A DNA stretch of 42,914 bases, taken from assembly GCA_041691695.1 (NCBI GenBank), contig JBEPUG010000005.1:1-42914 (forward strand). The letters run 5' to 3'. The notes below the pieces were generated by a model, which was not told the origin of the DNA, did not search any database, and saw only the letters and a program-made list of their open reading frames with translations. Within the stretch, counting starts at the first letter, position 1. Each line of letters begins with the position of its first letter. The translations under genes were made by a program, and so were the position numbers. Positions 1 through 10,079 of the stretch are shown here, piece after piece. This stretch comes from Flavobacteriales bacterium (GTDB lineage: Bacteria > Bacteroidota > Bacteroidia > Flavobacteriales_F > PHOS-HE28).

Positions 1-128
1 ACAAAGTGAAAATCAACTACTGAAAACCTGTCAACGCTATTCAGGCGAGGTCATCGGGACAACTGAGAACCGACAACGAAGAACGCTGTTACTTTTCCCG
101 GAGTTCCACGTCCTATGAAAAACCACGT

Positions 129-2624
129 ATGCGGATATTCCTACTCTGTATCGCCTTCCTTGGGGTATTGAATGTTTCCGCACAGCATGTGGTCACGGGA
201 CGGGTGCTGGATTCGGCCACACACGATCCACTCGCGTTCGTTCCCTTCGCCATTGAGGGCACGCGCATCGGCACCACATCGGATATCGACGGCAGGTTCA
301 CGATCACCGTTCCGCAGTTGCCGGTGACGCTTCGCGTGAGCTACGTTGGTTACGACCCCGCCACGGTGACCATCAGCGATGGATCGCCAGTTACAGTGAT
401 GCTCGCCGCGAGCAACACCGAACTGCACGCTGTGGAGATCGCGCCCACGGAGAATCCAGCGCACCGTATCATCCGCAGGGTCTATGCCGATCGCAAGGAG
501 AACGACGGCATGCGCTACCGCAGCTATCGCTACACCAGTTACAGCAAGACCGTTTTCGATGCCGCACCGGATAGTGCGAGGATCGCATCGCGAGATACCA
601 CGAGCGCGGCCGAACCGGACACCACCATGGCCAGTAGCGCGGCAGTCTCGAGCGATACCAGTCTGGCGGACACGGCTCACGTCGATAGTACGAAAGAGCT
701 TCTCGACCTGCTCAAACACCAGCACCTTTTCCTCATCGAAAGCGCTACCAAGAAGAGTTTTATTCCGCCAGCTGCGGAGAAGGAGACCGTGCTCGCCATG
801 CGCGTGAGCGGCCTGAAGGACCCTTCGTTCTTGGCACTGGTGGCGCAGACCAAGACCTTCAGCATCTATTCGGCGCAGATCGATATCGGCCAGAAGAGCT
901 ACCTCGGCCCCATCGGTCCGTCCAGCACAAGCAAGTACTATTTCCAGTTGGAGGATACGCTTTACCAAGGAAAGGACAGCGTCTTCGTGATCAGCTACCG
1001 GCCGCGCAGAAAGACCAAGTTCGATGGGCTGAAAGGGCTGCTTTACATCAACACGAACGGATACGCAGTGCAGAACGTTACTGCCGAGCCGATCGATCGG
1101 AAAGGCACCAGCATCCGCTTTCAGCAGCAGCACCAGCGGCTCCCGGCGGCGGACGGTGATTCGGCCTGGTTCCCTGTGCAGCTCAACACCTTCATCTACC
1201 TCGGCAATGTGAGCATCAATGGTCTGTCCGTCTACGGCGAAGGGAAGACCTACCTGAAGAACATCGAACTGGACGTGGACGTCGCGCGGAAGGAAGTGCG
1301 CGGACCGGAGTTGGTGATGGACAAGCTGAGTATGCGCAAGGACGATGCCTACTGGGAAGGTCTGCGTGCGGATTCTCTCGGCGTCAAGGATCTCCGCACC
1401 TATGTGATGATGGACAGCCTCGGCGAGAAGGAACACTTTGACCGCAAGCTGAAGTTCTTCTCCGCACTCACCACGGGTAAGCTGCCCATTGGCCCGGTGG
1501 ACCTGTTGCTGGAGCGCATCATCGCCTTCAACGACTATGAGGGCTTCCGACTTGGTGCCGGGCTTGCCACCAATGATAAGGTGACGAAATACGCTTCGGT
1601 CGGCGGATACTTCGCCTATGGCTTCGAGGACAAGAACTGGAAGTACGGCGGCGACCTGTTGATCAAGCCGTTCTATGGTCGTGACATCGATCTGGATCTC
1701 AGTTATCAGAACGATGTGAGCGAGACCGGCGGCGTGTCCTTTCAAGGGACCGGCAAGACCTTCGGTTCGGACAGCTACCGCTTGTTCTTCATGGACCGCA
1801 TGGATCGCATCGAGCGTTATGCGGCGACGCTGATGTTCCGCGTTGGCAGTTCCCTCAAGTTCTGGGTCGGTACTGAACGCGCCTTGCGTGTCAATGACAT
1901 CGGCTACGAATATGTGGAACCGGAGAGTGATGGCGTCACGCTTCTGCGCAATGATTTCCTCACCGGCGCTGTGACGTTGGACATGCGCTGGGCCTTCCAC
2001 GAGCGACTGGCGCGTCTTCCGGACCGCGAGATCTCGCTGGGCACTAAATTCCCGGTGGTGTATGTGCATGCGATGCACGCAGTAAAAGGCCTTTGGGGTG
2101 GCGAGTGGGACACGTGGCGCGTGGACGCCATGGTGGAGAAGACGTTCAAGATCCGACTGCTCGGCGACCTTTTCTTACAGTTGATGGGCGGCGTGGCCGA
2201 TGCGGAGTCGCCCATGCCGTTCCTCTATAACATGCGCGGGATCTATAGTAGGCGCTTCCCCGTCGCAGGCAGCAATGCATTCGAGACCATGTATCCGGAC
2301 GAATTCCTTGCGGACCGCTACGTCAGTTTCCACCTGAAGCACAGCTTTGGCGCGCTGCTCGTTCGCACCAAGCATTTCCGGCCTCGGCCGGCCATAGTGA
2401 CCAGTGTGGCCTTCGGCGACCTCTCGCATCCTGAGAACCACGAGGGCCTGGCCTTCACCCCCTTGCGGAAAGGGTTCTATGAGAGTGGCGTGATGGTGGA
2501 CAATCTGCTGAAGTTCGGCTTCTCCAGCTTCGGCGTGGGACTCTATTACCGCTACGGCCCGTATGCTTTCCCCGATCAGGGAGAAAACTTTGTTGCGAAG
2601 CTGACGGCGGGGTATGCGTTCTGA
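129..2624 (+). CDS. Outer-membrane protein with an N-terminal carboxypeptidase-regulatory-like domain and a DUF5686-type beta-barrel
   Basis: Signal peptide (MRIFLLCIAFLGVLNVSA/Q); CarbopepD_reg_2-like motif GRVLDSAT..PL.F...GTTSDIDGRF..VSYVGY; DUF5686-like motifs Y.FQLEDT and FNDYEGFRLG; amphipathic strands ending in Phe (AGYAF). Confidence 0.85.
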   Translation: MRIFLLCIAFLGVLNVSAQHVVTGRVLDSATHDPLAFVPFAIEGTRIGTTSDIDGRFTITVPQLPVTLRVSYVGYDPATVTISDGSPVTVMLAASNTELHAVEIAPTENPAHRIIRRVYADRKENDGMRYRSYRYTSYSKTVFDAAPDSARIASRDTTSAAEPDTTMASSAAVSSDTSLADTAHVDSTKELLDLLKHQHLFLIESATKKSFIPPAAEKETVLAMRVSGLKDPSFLALVAQTKTFSIYSAQIDIGQKSYLGPIGPSSTSKYYFQLEDTLYQGKDSVFVISYRPRRKTKFDGLKGLLYINTNGYAVQNVTAEPIDRKGTSIRFQQQHQRLPAADGDSAWFPVQLNTFIYLGNVSINGLSVYGEGKTYLKNIELDVDVARKEVRGPELVMDKLSMRKDDAYWEGLRADSLGVKDLRTYVMMDSLGEKEHFDRKLKFFSALTTGKLPIGPVDLLLERIIAFNDYEGFRLGAGLATNDKVTKYASVGGYFAYGFEDKNWKYGGDLLIKPFYGRDIDLDLSYQNDVSETGGVSFQGTGKTFGSDSYRLFFMDRMDRIERYAATLMFRVGSSLKFWVGTERALRVNDIGYEYVEPESDGVTLLRNDFLTGAVTLDMRWAFHERLARLPDREISLGTKFPVVYVHAMHAVKGLWGGEWDTWRVDAMVEKTFKIRLLGDLFLQLMGGVADAESPMPFLYNMRGIYSRRFPVAGSNAFETMYPDEFLADRYVSFHLKHSFGALLVRTKHFRPRPAIVTSVAFGDLSHPENHEGLAFTPLRKGFYESGVMVDNLLKFGFSSFGVGLYYRYGPYAFPDQGENFVAKLTAGYAF

Positions 2625-2635
2625 GAAGGAAGAAC

Positions 2636-2716
2636 ACCACGAACGACACTAAGGGCGCAAAGAACGGTGGTCGGATCAGGCGGTGGTCCTATTTGATCCT
2701 TCGCGTTCTTCGTGGT
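2636..2716. repeat. REP-like imperfect inverted repeat built from 9-nt units
   Basis: Arm 2636-2654 ACCACGAACGACACTAAGG matches the reverse complement of 2698-2716 (ACCACGAAGAACGCGAAGG) at 15/19; intergenic. Confidence 0.55.
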
Positions 2717-2739
2717 ACAATTTGCCTCCCTCTTTTTAC

Positions 2740-2747
2740 CACCTTTG
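2740..2747 (+). promoter_or_regulatory. Bacteroidota -7 promoter box variant (CACCTTTG)
   Basis: One mismatch to TAnnTTTG, ~43 nt upstream of ATG 2790. Confidence 0.45.
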
Positions 2748-2789
2748 CCCGCCTCTGCCCGGCACCAGTCGTGGCTTCAGGGAACGTGG

Positions 2790-5210
2790 ATGTGGGCTTG
2801 GTTGGCTGGTCGTGTATTGCGCAATCGTATTGGCATCCTGGTGGTGATCGGCCTCCTCACGGCCTTCATGGGCTTCGAGGCCACCAAGGTGCAGATGAAC
2901 TACCAGCACGGCGGACTGTTGCCCAAGTCCGATCCGGCATACGGAGAGTACGAGCATTTCCTATCGACATTCAGCGCTGATGGTAACGTGATCGTGATCG
3001 CGACGCAGGGCAGCGACCTCTATACGCCTGCCAAGTTCAAGCAGTGGTACGAGTTGGGGATGGACCTCCACGCGATTACTGGCATCGACAGCGTGTTCAG
3101 CGAGGCGAACCTGTTCAACTTGGTGCGCAACGACAGTTTGCAGAAATTCGACCTGCGCCCGGTGATGACCGCGCTGCCGGAGACACAACCCCAGATGGAT
3201 TCGCTGAAGAAGCGCATCGAAGACCTTCCCTTCTATAAAGGCCTGCTCTATAACGACAGCACGAAGACCAGCCTGATGATGGTCTTCGTCAATGCGAAGC
3301 TCTTCGACACCGATGCCCGGGTGAAAGTGATCGATGACCTCGAGAAGCGGGTCAACGAATTTGCCGCCAACACCGGACTGCCGGTGCATGAGAGCGGACT
3401 ACCATGGGTGCGCGTAAGGGTCACGCAACTCATTAAAGGCGACATGCCGCGCTTCATGCTGATGAGCCTCGCCATCTGCGCGCTGCTTCTGCTGCTTTTC
3501 TTCAAGTCGTGGCGTGTGATGTTGATCTGCCTCGGCGTAGTGCTGATGAGTGTGGTGTGGGCCTTCGGTTGCATGGCCCTGCTGGGCTTCGGCGTCACGG
3601 TACTACAATCCGTGATCGCCCCGCTCGTGATCGTGGTGGGCGTGCCCAATTGCGTGTTCTTGGTGAACGCGTACCACCACGAATATGTCCACCACGGCAA
3701 CAAGGCGAAGGCATTGCAGCGGATGATCAGCAGGGTGGGGGCGGCCAGCTTCATGACCAATGCCACTACCGCTGCGGGCTTCGCCACTTTCTGTGTCACC
3801 TACAGCGATGCACTGAAGCAATTCGGGCTTATCGCGACCATTGGCATCATGGTGCTCTGGGTATTCGGACTTCTGCTGGTGCCGATCATCTTCAGCTACA
3901 TGCCTGTGCCCAAGAAGCGGCATCTCAGCCACCTCGATCGCCATTGGTTGGACCGCGCGGTGGAGACCATCGTGATGTTATCCAAGGACCATCGCACCGC
4001 CATCTACATCATCACCTTCTGCGTTACCGTGGTCGCCTGCTTTGGCATGACCAAACTGAAGGATGAAAGCCGCATCGTCGACGACCTTCCGGCGGACAAC
4101 CCGGTGATCACCGACCTGCACTTCTTCGAGCGGAACTTCCACGGTGTGATGCCGCTGGAGATCATTGTCGATACCAAGAAGAAGGGTGGTGTGCTCACCA
4201 GTGCCACGATGAAGCGCATCGATAAGCTCACGGATACCCTCGCCACCTATCCCGAATTCAGCCGGGCCCTGAGTGTGGTGGATGCGGTGAAATTCACGAG
4301 GCAGGCCTTTTACGGTGGGGATCCCGATCGCTACGGATTACTCAGCGGTACCGATCAACGCTTCATGCTTCCCTATCTGGAGCACATCGGCGCGAACAAC
4401 GGGAAGGGCAATGCCACCATGGGCAAGGCCTTTATCGACAGCACACGCAGGACCACGCGGATCACGGTGCAGATGGCCGATGTGGGCACTTCGCGCATGG
4501 ATAAGATCCTCACCAAGCTGCGCGCACAGACCGACAGTATCTTCCCTGTTGACCGATATAATGTCGTCTTCACCGGCACCAGCGTGGTCTTTCTCAAGGG
4601 TAGCAGCTATCTCGTCAGCAATCTGATCACCAGTCTCTTCTGGGCCATCATGATCATCGTCGTACTGATGGCATTACTCTTCAACTCGCTCCGCATCCTC
4701 ATCGTGGCGCTGATCCCCAACTTGATCCCGCTGCTCGTCACCGCAGGCATCATGGGATACTTGAAGATCGATATCAAGCCAAGTACCATGCTGGTATTCG
4801 GTATCGCCTTGGGCATTGCGGTGGACAATGCGATCCATTTCTTGGCCCGCTACCGCTTGGAGGTGAAACTTACAGGAGGCGACCTGGCAAAGGCCGTGGA
4901 CAATTCCGTGCGCGAAGTGAGCGTGGGTATCATCTATACCAGCATCATCCTGTTCGCGGGCTTCAGCATGTTCGCCTTTTCCCGCTTCGGAGGTATCCAG
5001 GCATTGGGCCTCCTCACCACTGCGACCCTGCTCACGGCCATGCTCACCAATTTGCTGGTGTTGCCATCACTGGTGCTCTCCCTGAACAGGCGCATCATGT
5101 CCAAGGCCTTCGAGGAACCCTTGCTCGTAACCTTGGACGAGGAGGACGATATCGATATGGGCTTCCTGAAGATGGAGGACGTGTATGATAAAGACGCGGA
5201 ACGCGAATGA
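2790..5210 (+). CDS. MMPL/RND-superfamily transporter (806 aa)
   Basis: Two repeats of one TM, a large periplasmic loop and a TM cluster; [10 protein letters not shown] and S..T.AAGF motifs. Start moved from 2712 to ATG 2790 (MWAWLA), downstream of the promoter box. Confidence 0.9.
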   Translation: MWAWLAGRVLRNRIGILVVIGLLTAFMGFEATKVQMNYQHGGLLPKSDPAYGEYEHFLSTFSADGNVIVIATQGSDLYTPAKFKQWYELGMDLHAITGIDSVFSEANLFNLVRNDSLQKFDLRPVMTALPETQPQMDSLKKRIEDLPFYKGLLYNDSTKTSLMMVFVNAKLFDTDARVKVIDDLEKRVNEFAANTGLPVHESGLPWVRVRVTQLIKGDMPRFMLMSLAICALLLLLFFKSWRVMLICLGVVLMSVVWAFGCMALLGFGVTVLQSVIAPLVIVVGVPNCVFLVNAYHHEYVHHGNKAKALQRMISRVGAASFMTNATTAAGFATFCVTYSDALKQFGLIATIGIMVLWVFGLLLVPIIFSYMPVPKKRHLSHLDRHWLDRAVETIVMLSKDHRTAIYIITFCVTVVACFGMTKLKDESRIVDDLPADNPVITDLHFFERNFHGVMPLEIIVDTKKKGGVLTSATMKRIDKLTDTLATYPEFSRALSVVDAVKFTRQAFYGGDPDRYGLLSGTDQRFMLPYLEHIGANNGKGNATMGKAFIDSTRRTTRITVQMADVGTSRMDKILTKLRAQTDSIFPVDRYNVVFTGTSVVFLKGSSYLVSNLITSLFWAIMIIVVLMALLFNSLRILIVALIPNLIPLLVTAGIMGYLKIDIKPSTMLVFGIALGIAVDNAIHFLARYRLEVKLTGGDLAKAVDNSVREVSVGIIYTSIILFAGFSMFAFSRFGGIQALGLLTTATLLTAMLTNLLVLPSLVLSLNRRIMSKAFEEPLLVTLDEEDDIDMGFLKMEDVYDKDAERE

Positions 5211-6070
5211 AGGGCATCATCCTCGCCGGCGGAAGTGGCACTCGCTTGCACCCACTCACCCTCGCCGTGAGCAAGCAGCTGATGCCGGTGTATGACAAGC
5301 CGATGGTCTACTACCCGCTGAGTACGTTGATGGCAGCCGGGATCCGGGAAGTGCTGGTCATCAGCACCCCTCACGACCTGCCGCATTTCAAGAAACTGCT
5401 TGGTGACGGGAAGAACCTCGGCTGTGAATTCTCCTATGCGGAACAGGCGGTGCCGAATGGATTGGCACAAGCGTTCGTCATCGGTCGGGATTTCATCGGG
5501 AAGGACTCCGTCGCCTTGGTCCTTGGCGACAACATCTTCTATGGTGCTGGCCTTGGGCGGAAGCTGGGTGCGAACACCGAACTGGATGGCGGCCTCGTCT
5601 TCGCCTACCACGTCAGTGACCCGGAGCGCTACGGTGTGGTGGAGTTCGACGCGGATAATGTCGCGATCAGCATCGAGGAGAAACCCACCAAGCCGCGCAG
5701 CAATTTCGCGGTGCCGGGCCTCTACTTCTACGACAATAGCGTGGTGGAAGTGGCAGCGATGTTGAAGCCCAGTGCACGCGGCGAATACGAGATCACCGAT
5801 GTGAACAAGGAATACCTGAAGCGCGGAAAACTGAAGGTCGAGATCCTGGATCGTGGCACCGCGTGGCTCGACACCGGCACCTTCGCATCGTTGATGCAGG
5901 CCGGTCAATTCGTGCAGGTGATCGAGGAAAGGCAAGGACTGCGCATCGGTTGCATTGAAGAAGTGGCCTACAAGAAAGGCTGGATCGATGCGACGCAATT
6001 GAAGGCTGTGGCGACTCCCTTGGTGAAGAGCGGCTATGGCGAATACCTGTTGAAGTTGTTGGCGTCGTGA
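5207..6070 (+). CDS. rfbA: Glucose-1-phosphate thymidylyltransferase
   Basis: [53 protein letters not shown]; ATGA overlap with the upstream gene. Confidence 0.97.
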   Translation: MKGIILAGGSGTRLHPLTLAVSKQLMPVYDKPMVYYPLSTLMAAGIREVLVISTPHDLPHFKKLLGDGKNLGCEFSYAEQAVPNGLAQAFVIGRDFIGKDSVALVLGDNIFYGAGLGRKLGANTELDGGLVFAYHVSDPERYGVVEFDADNVAISIEEKPTKPRSNFAVPGLYFYDNSVVEVAAMLKPSARGEYEITDVNKEYLKRGKLKVEILDRGTAWLDTGTFASLMQAGQFVQVIEERQGLRIGCIEEVAYKKGWIDATQLKAVATPLVKSGYGEYLLKLLAS

Positions 6071-7017
6071 AAATGGAACGTCTGCGTTCTTTGCTCGATG
6101 CGCATTTGGCGCAATGGACCACATCGCTGCCGCCGGGTGGCCTCTATGCGCCGATGGCCTACCTCATGGAGCTGCCTGCAAAGCGCGTCCGCCCGGCCAT
6201 GGTGCTTATGGCCTGCGAACTCTTCGGCGGTCGTGCGGAGGATGCGCTGGACGAAGCGTTGGGCATCGAGCTCTTCCACAACTTCACGCTGATGCACGAC
6301 GACATCATGGACGCCGCGCCCTTGCGAAGAGGCCAGACCACCGTGCATGAAAAGTGGAATGTGAACACCGCGATCCTCAGTGGTGACGCCATGTTCGTAA
6401 AGGCATATCAACTGATGGCGAAGCGGCCGGATGTAGCCGCGATCTTCAATCGCTACGCACTTGAAGTGTGCGAAGGCCAGCAGCTCGACATGGACTTCGA
6501 GCAACGTGATAACGTGACCACCGATGAATACCGGTCCATGATCCGGTTGAAGACCGCTGTGCTGCTGGCCTGTTCCCTGCGCATTGGAGCGACCATCGCC
6601 GGTGCATCAGTTGAGGACAGTGATCGCATCGGCGCGTTCGGCGAGCACATCGGGCTTGCCTTCCAATTGCGCGACGATCTGCTGGATGCTTTCGGCGATC
6701 CCAACCAGACCGGCAAGAAACAGGGCGGCGATCTGCGGGCAGGGAAGAAGACCTTCTTGTTGATCCGTGGGATCGAACTCAGCGCGGCCAATAAGCGCAA
6801 TGAGCTTCAGGAGGAATTGAGCAAGCCATCCGAAGAACGCGATGTGCCCCGCATGTTGAAGGTGCTGGAGGAATTGGGTCTTCGCAAAGAAGCGGAACGA
6901 GCGGTGCGTGATGAAGAGATGAAAGCAGCGCAGGCCTTGGAGGCCATCGATGCCCCGGAGGAAGGAAAGGAGGCGCTGCGTGGGTTGTCTGCGCAGTTGA
7001 TGGCGCGGAGCTATTGA
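6067..7017 (+). CDS. Polyprenyl diphosphate synthase, probably short-chain (FPP/GGPP type)
   Basis: [39 protein letters not shown]. Phe at -5 before the FARM favours a short product. GTGA overlap with rfbA (alternative ATG 6073). Confidence 0.92.
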   Translation: MKMERLRSLLDAHLAQWTTSLPPGGLYAPMAYLMELPAKRVRPAMVLMACELFGGRAEDALDEALGIELFHNFTLMHDDIMDAAPLRRGQTTVHEKWNVNTAILSGDAMFVKAYQLMAKRPDVAAIFNRYALEVCEGQQLDMDFEQRDNVTTDEYRSMIRLKTAVLLACSLRIGATIAGASVEDSDRIGAFGEHIGLAFQLRDDLLDAFGDPNQTGKKQGGDLRAGKKTFLLIRGIELSAANKRNELQEELSKPSEERDVPRMLKVLEELGLRKEAERAVRDEEMKAAQALEAIDAPEEGKEALRGLSAQLMARSY

Positions 7018-7913
7018 AGAAGTCCGCTCAACGAGGATGACAAATTCGAATGCCGGAATTCAAAACCGGTCTTCATCAACTGGTCATTCGATGCGCGAGA
7101 TCCTTCCAAGAGTATCACACTGATCTCGCCCAACAGGATGCGCAGCATAAAGCGTGGGACGGCAGGAAGGAAGAACGGCCGGTGCAGTGCACGCGCCACC
7201 TCGTGCATGAAGTCGTGGTTTTGCACGGCCTGCGGCGCAGCAATGTTGTAGGCGCCTTGCATGTCCGTGTGTTGGATAACATGGAGGTAAGCGTGTGCGA
7301 GGTCCTCGATATGTACCCAAGGCATCCATTGCCTGCCGGAACCGAGTGGAGAAGCCAGACCCCAGCGTGCAGGCGCTGCAAGCTTTGGCAAAGCGCCTCC
7401 TTCGCGTGCCAGCACGATCGCTGTGCGCAATTTCACAACGCGGCAACGAGGCGACCAGGCGTCCGCGGCTGCTTCCCAAGCTTGCGTCAATTTGCCGATC
7501 GTATCGTTCGCAGGCGGATCGTATTCCGTGAAGATGTGATCGGTGGTGACCGCGCCGTAGTAGTTGATCCCGCTAGCGCTGATGAATGACCGCGGGAACG
7601 CTCCGCTGTCCGCTACTGCTTTTCGCAGGACATCCGCCGCGCCGGATCGACTGCTGTACAATTCGCGCATCCGCTCCGGCGTCCACGGCTTGTCCGCGAT
7701 GCCGGCGCCGCTGAGATGCACAATGTGGTCGACCTGCTCCAACGCGCGTGGGTCCACGGTGCCCTTGGCGATGTCCCATGTGAAGGTGGGCACGGGAGCA
7801 TCCGGCTTCGCGCTGCGACTGAGATGGCGCACAGTATGGCCTTCCTTCAACAAGAGCTGCGTGAGGTGGTTGCCGACAAGGCCACTACCGCCAGTGATGA
7901 GTACAGTTGTCAT
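7011..7913 (-). CDS. TIGR01777 family NAD-dependent epimerase/oxidoreductase
   Basis: ITGGSGLVG Rossmann motif, HLSGAGI, SASGINYYG, GSGRQWMPWVHIED; its stop overlaps the convergent stop of the upstream gene. Confidence 0.92.
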   Translation of the reverse strand: MTTVLITGGSGLVGNHLTQLLLKEGHTVRHLSRSAKPDAPVPTFTWDIAKGTVDPRALEQVDHIVHLSGAGIADKPWTPERMRELYSSRSGAADVLRKAVADSGAFPRSFISASGINYYGAVTTDHIFTEYDPPANDTIGKLTQAWEAAADAWSPRCRVVKLRTAIVLAREGGALPKLAAPARWGLASPLGSGRQWMPWVHIEDLAHAYLHVIQHTDMQGAYNIAAPQAVQNHDFMHEVARALHRPFFLPAVPRFMLRILLGEISVILLEGSRASNDQLMKTGFEFRHSNLSSSLSGLLQ

Positions 7914-8024
7914 GGAATGAGTTCTTTACCTCAGATGGTCCAAACAAGAATAGCTGCTTCAGGTTCATCCAAGAGATGGATTATCTGCGTTTATCGGCGA
8001 AATCGGCGATTTTCTTCCCACGCA

Positions 8025-9902
8025 TCAATGCTGGCATTCCTCGCACCACGTCTTCTTCAGATAAGGATCGTCCAATAGTTGAAAGGTGATCCCCTTCCCG
8101 AAAGGTTCAAAGAGGTCGCAGAAGCGATGGCGATCGCTGTTGATCGCGTTCAGCATCACCTTGCGATACGCAGGCTGCGCCGTGAGCGAGGCATCGGTCA
8201 GCGTGAGATTCAGATAGTAGAAGAGCAGGTCCTCGGAGACGTTGATGTGCGTGAGCCGCGACTGGATCAGCGCGCGGGCCTTTGCATAATCACCATAGGA
8301 CGAGAAGTATTGGGCCAGGCTCAACAGGTCCTTGTCGGTGAGTGCGAGCCGCGGATAGTTCGATTCCACGAACGCGAGGTCCTCATCCTTTTGCGCGTAG
8401 CAACCTGCACGCATGTGCTGATCCGCTAGGATGATGTGGTAATTCAACAGCATGCGCCGCCCTAGCGGTTCCGGTATGCCGAGGTGATCCAACGCATTGA
8501 TCTCACGCAGGAAGTTGTCCGCATTAACGGGAACAGAACCATCCTTCCACACACGGAATTTCAAAGCGACCAAGTTGTAGCGCAGATGAGGATCATTCGG
8601 GAATGCGGTGTTCAAGGCCTCCAATTCGTGATAGCTGACGAGCGCCGTCGTGGGATCGAGGAAGTAGTGGAGACTGGCATGTTGATCCAGCAAGAGCAGG
8701 AATTCCTTTTTGCGAGGGATCTCCACGCGGTCGAGTAAGCTGGGAGGTGCGGTGTGATCCGCGATACGGCGGAACATCGCACGCTGCACCTCTGCGGCTC
8801 GCTCCGCATTTCCATCCTCCAACGCCTTCCGGAGATCAATGACCAGCTCGGTCGTGTCCGTATTGTAGAAGATACTGTTCTTCCGCAGGTATACGGTGAC
8901 CAAGGCCTTTCGCTGTTTCGCAAGCATCGGTTCCAAGCGCTGTCGCACCGCAGGGTCACGCAGTCGGGCCTTCACATCTTCCTTGGAAAGCGCCGCCAGA
9001 TCAGGATACGGTGAGCTCCCGATGTCGTTCAGGAATTCCACCCAGTTCTCATTCGCCTCCACGGTGGTGGCGATCCCAGGGCTCTGATAACTCTGCATGG
9101 CACGGAGGATGCTGGCCGCGCGTTGCTTCTGCAATTCGATGTTGTGCGCCTCGGTGCCTTCCACGCTGGAGTAGGCTTGTATGTCGATGGCGGTAATAGT
9201 GAAATCAGTGAGCCGCAAGGAATCACGCAACGGCGCAAGGTCCTTCGCGGAGTACTCCGATCTGTTCTTGGAAAAGGGGATCGTGAAGCGCATCACCTTG
9301 TCGCTGCGCAAGATGTTCACCGCCGTGTCCGAAGGATCGTGGTAGGTAAGCGAGTCGAGGTACAGCCCCATGTCCAAAAGGTCCCAGCGATAGCTCCTCA
9401 GGTTGTAGAAGGAATTGTAGAAGCAGAAATACTTGTCCTTCAAGATCACCAAGGCGAGCTCGAAGGACTGGTTGCGCAAGTCATCCGGAACGTGCCCGGC
9501 CCTGATCACCACTGAACCGTCATCAAGGATGCGCATGGACTTTTTCAGCTCGGCCAGATACACGGGTTCCAAGGCTGTGCCCTTGAAATAAGGGGCGTTC
9601 ACGGGTGGCTTCATGCAAGCATAAAGCGAACGCGGGATCACATCCACGGAAATGCCGTCGCCCGGACCCGTGAAGAGCTTATTGAAGAAGTCCTTGTTGG
9701 TGATCACGAACCAGACATCGCCATTCGCATCCGCGTTCAGCCCGAACTGCACCTCCTTCGGCCTGTTCTGCATCGCGGAAATGCAGGCACTGCAGAGGTT
9801 GTTGTAGCGATCACCCGCCACGCGCATATCATAGGGCAACTGCTGCGCGTTGGCCTGCAGCGCAAAAAACAGAAGGATGGCGATAGTGGTCCGCAGGCGC
9901 AT
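8025..9902 (-). CDS. Secreted protein with a divergent OmpA-like domain and a helical/TPR-like C-terminus
   Basis: Signal peptide MRLRTTIAILLFFALQANA/Q (ATG 9902); F..N.SE...IDIQAYSSVEG...NIELQKQRA..I...ENW resembles Bacteroidota OmpA-like domains. Confidence 0.65.
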   Translation of the reverse strand: MRLRTTIAILLFFALQANAQQLPYDMRVAGDRYNNLCSACISAMQNRPKEVQFGLNADANGDVWFVITNKDFFNKLFTGPGDGISVDVIPRSLYACMKPPVNAPYFKGTALEPVYLAELKKSMRILDDGSVVIRAGHVPDDLRNQSFELALVILKDKYFCFYNSFYNLRSYRWDLLDMGLYLDSLTYHDPSDTAVNILRSDKVMRFTIPFSKNRSEYSAKDLAPLRDSLRLTDFTITAIDIQAYSSVEGTEAHNIELQKQRAASILRAMQSYQSPGIATTVEANENWVEFLNDIGSSPYPDLAALSKEDVKARLRDPAVRQRLEPMLAKQRKALVTVYLRKNSIFYNTDTTELVIDLRKALEDGNAERAAEVQRAMFRRIADHTAPPSLLDRVEIPRKKEFLLLLDQHASLHYFLDPTTALVSYHELEALNTAFPNDPHLRYNLVALKFRVWKDGSVPVNADNFLREINALDHLGIPEPLGRRMLLNYHIILADQHMRAGCYAQKDEDLAFVESNYPRLALTDKDLLSLAQYFSSYGDYAKARALIQSRLTHINVSEDLLFYYLNLTLTDASLTAQPAYRKVMLNAINSDRHRFCDLFEPFGKGITFQLLDDPYLKKTWCEECQH

Positions 9903-10045
9903 GTATGGGAAACGGGGATGGACCACGAATATGGTCCATCCTTTTTATAGGCCTCGACCATGCGATAGCGCCGCGGCAATTAACGCTGCACGGTATAAGT
10001 CCAGTCCACCCTATCCTTGTTCGGGTCCTTTGCCAACCACGTTCT

Positions 10046-10070
10046 TCGGTCGACCAGAGTGGTCGACCGA
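10046..10070. other. Perfect 11-bp stem-loop just downstream of the 10080-10955 gene
   Basis: TCGGTCGACCA-GAG-TGGTCGACCGA; no clear U-tract. Confidence 0.5.
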
Positions 10071-10079
10071 CACGGCCGA

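Noticed and set aside
1-23. Possible 3' end of an upstream gene (..KVKINY*)
   Set aside because: Too short to support or identify.
141-2078. 645-aa antisense ORF, and similar ones at 4934-6124, 10017-10967, 11332-12501, 26726-27661, 28631-29662 and 35644-36450
   Set aside because: Shadow frames opposite well-supported genes, expected from GC-rich codon bias; no motifs.
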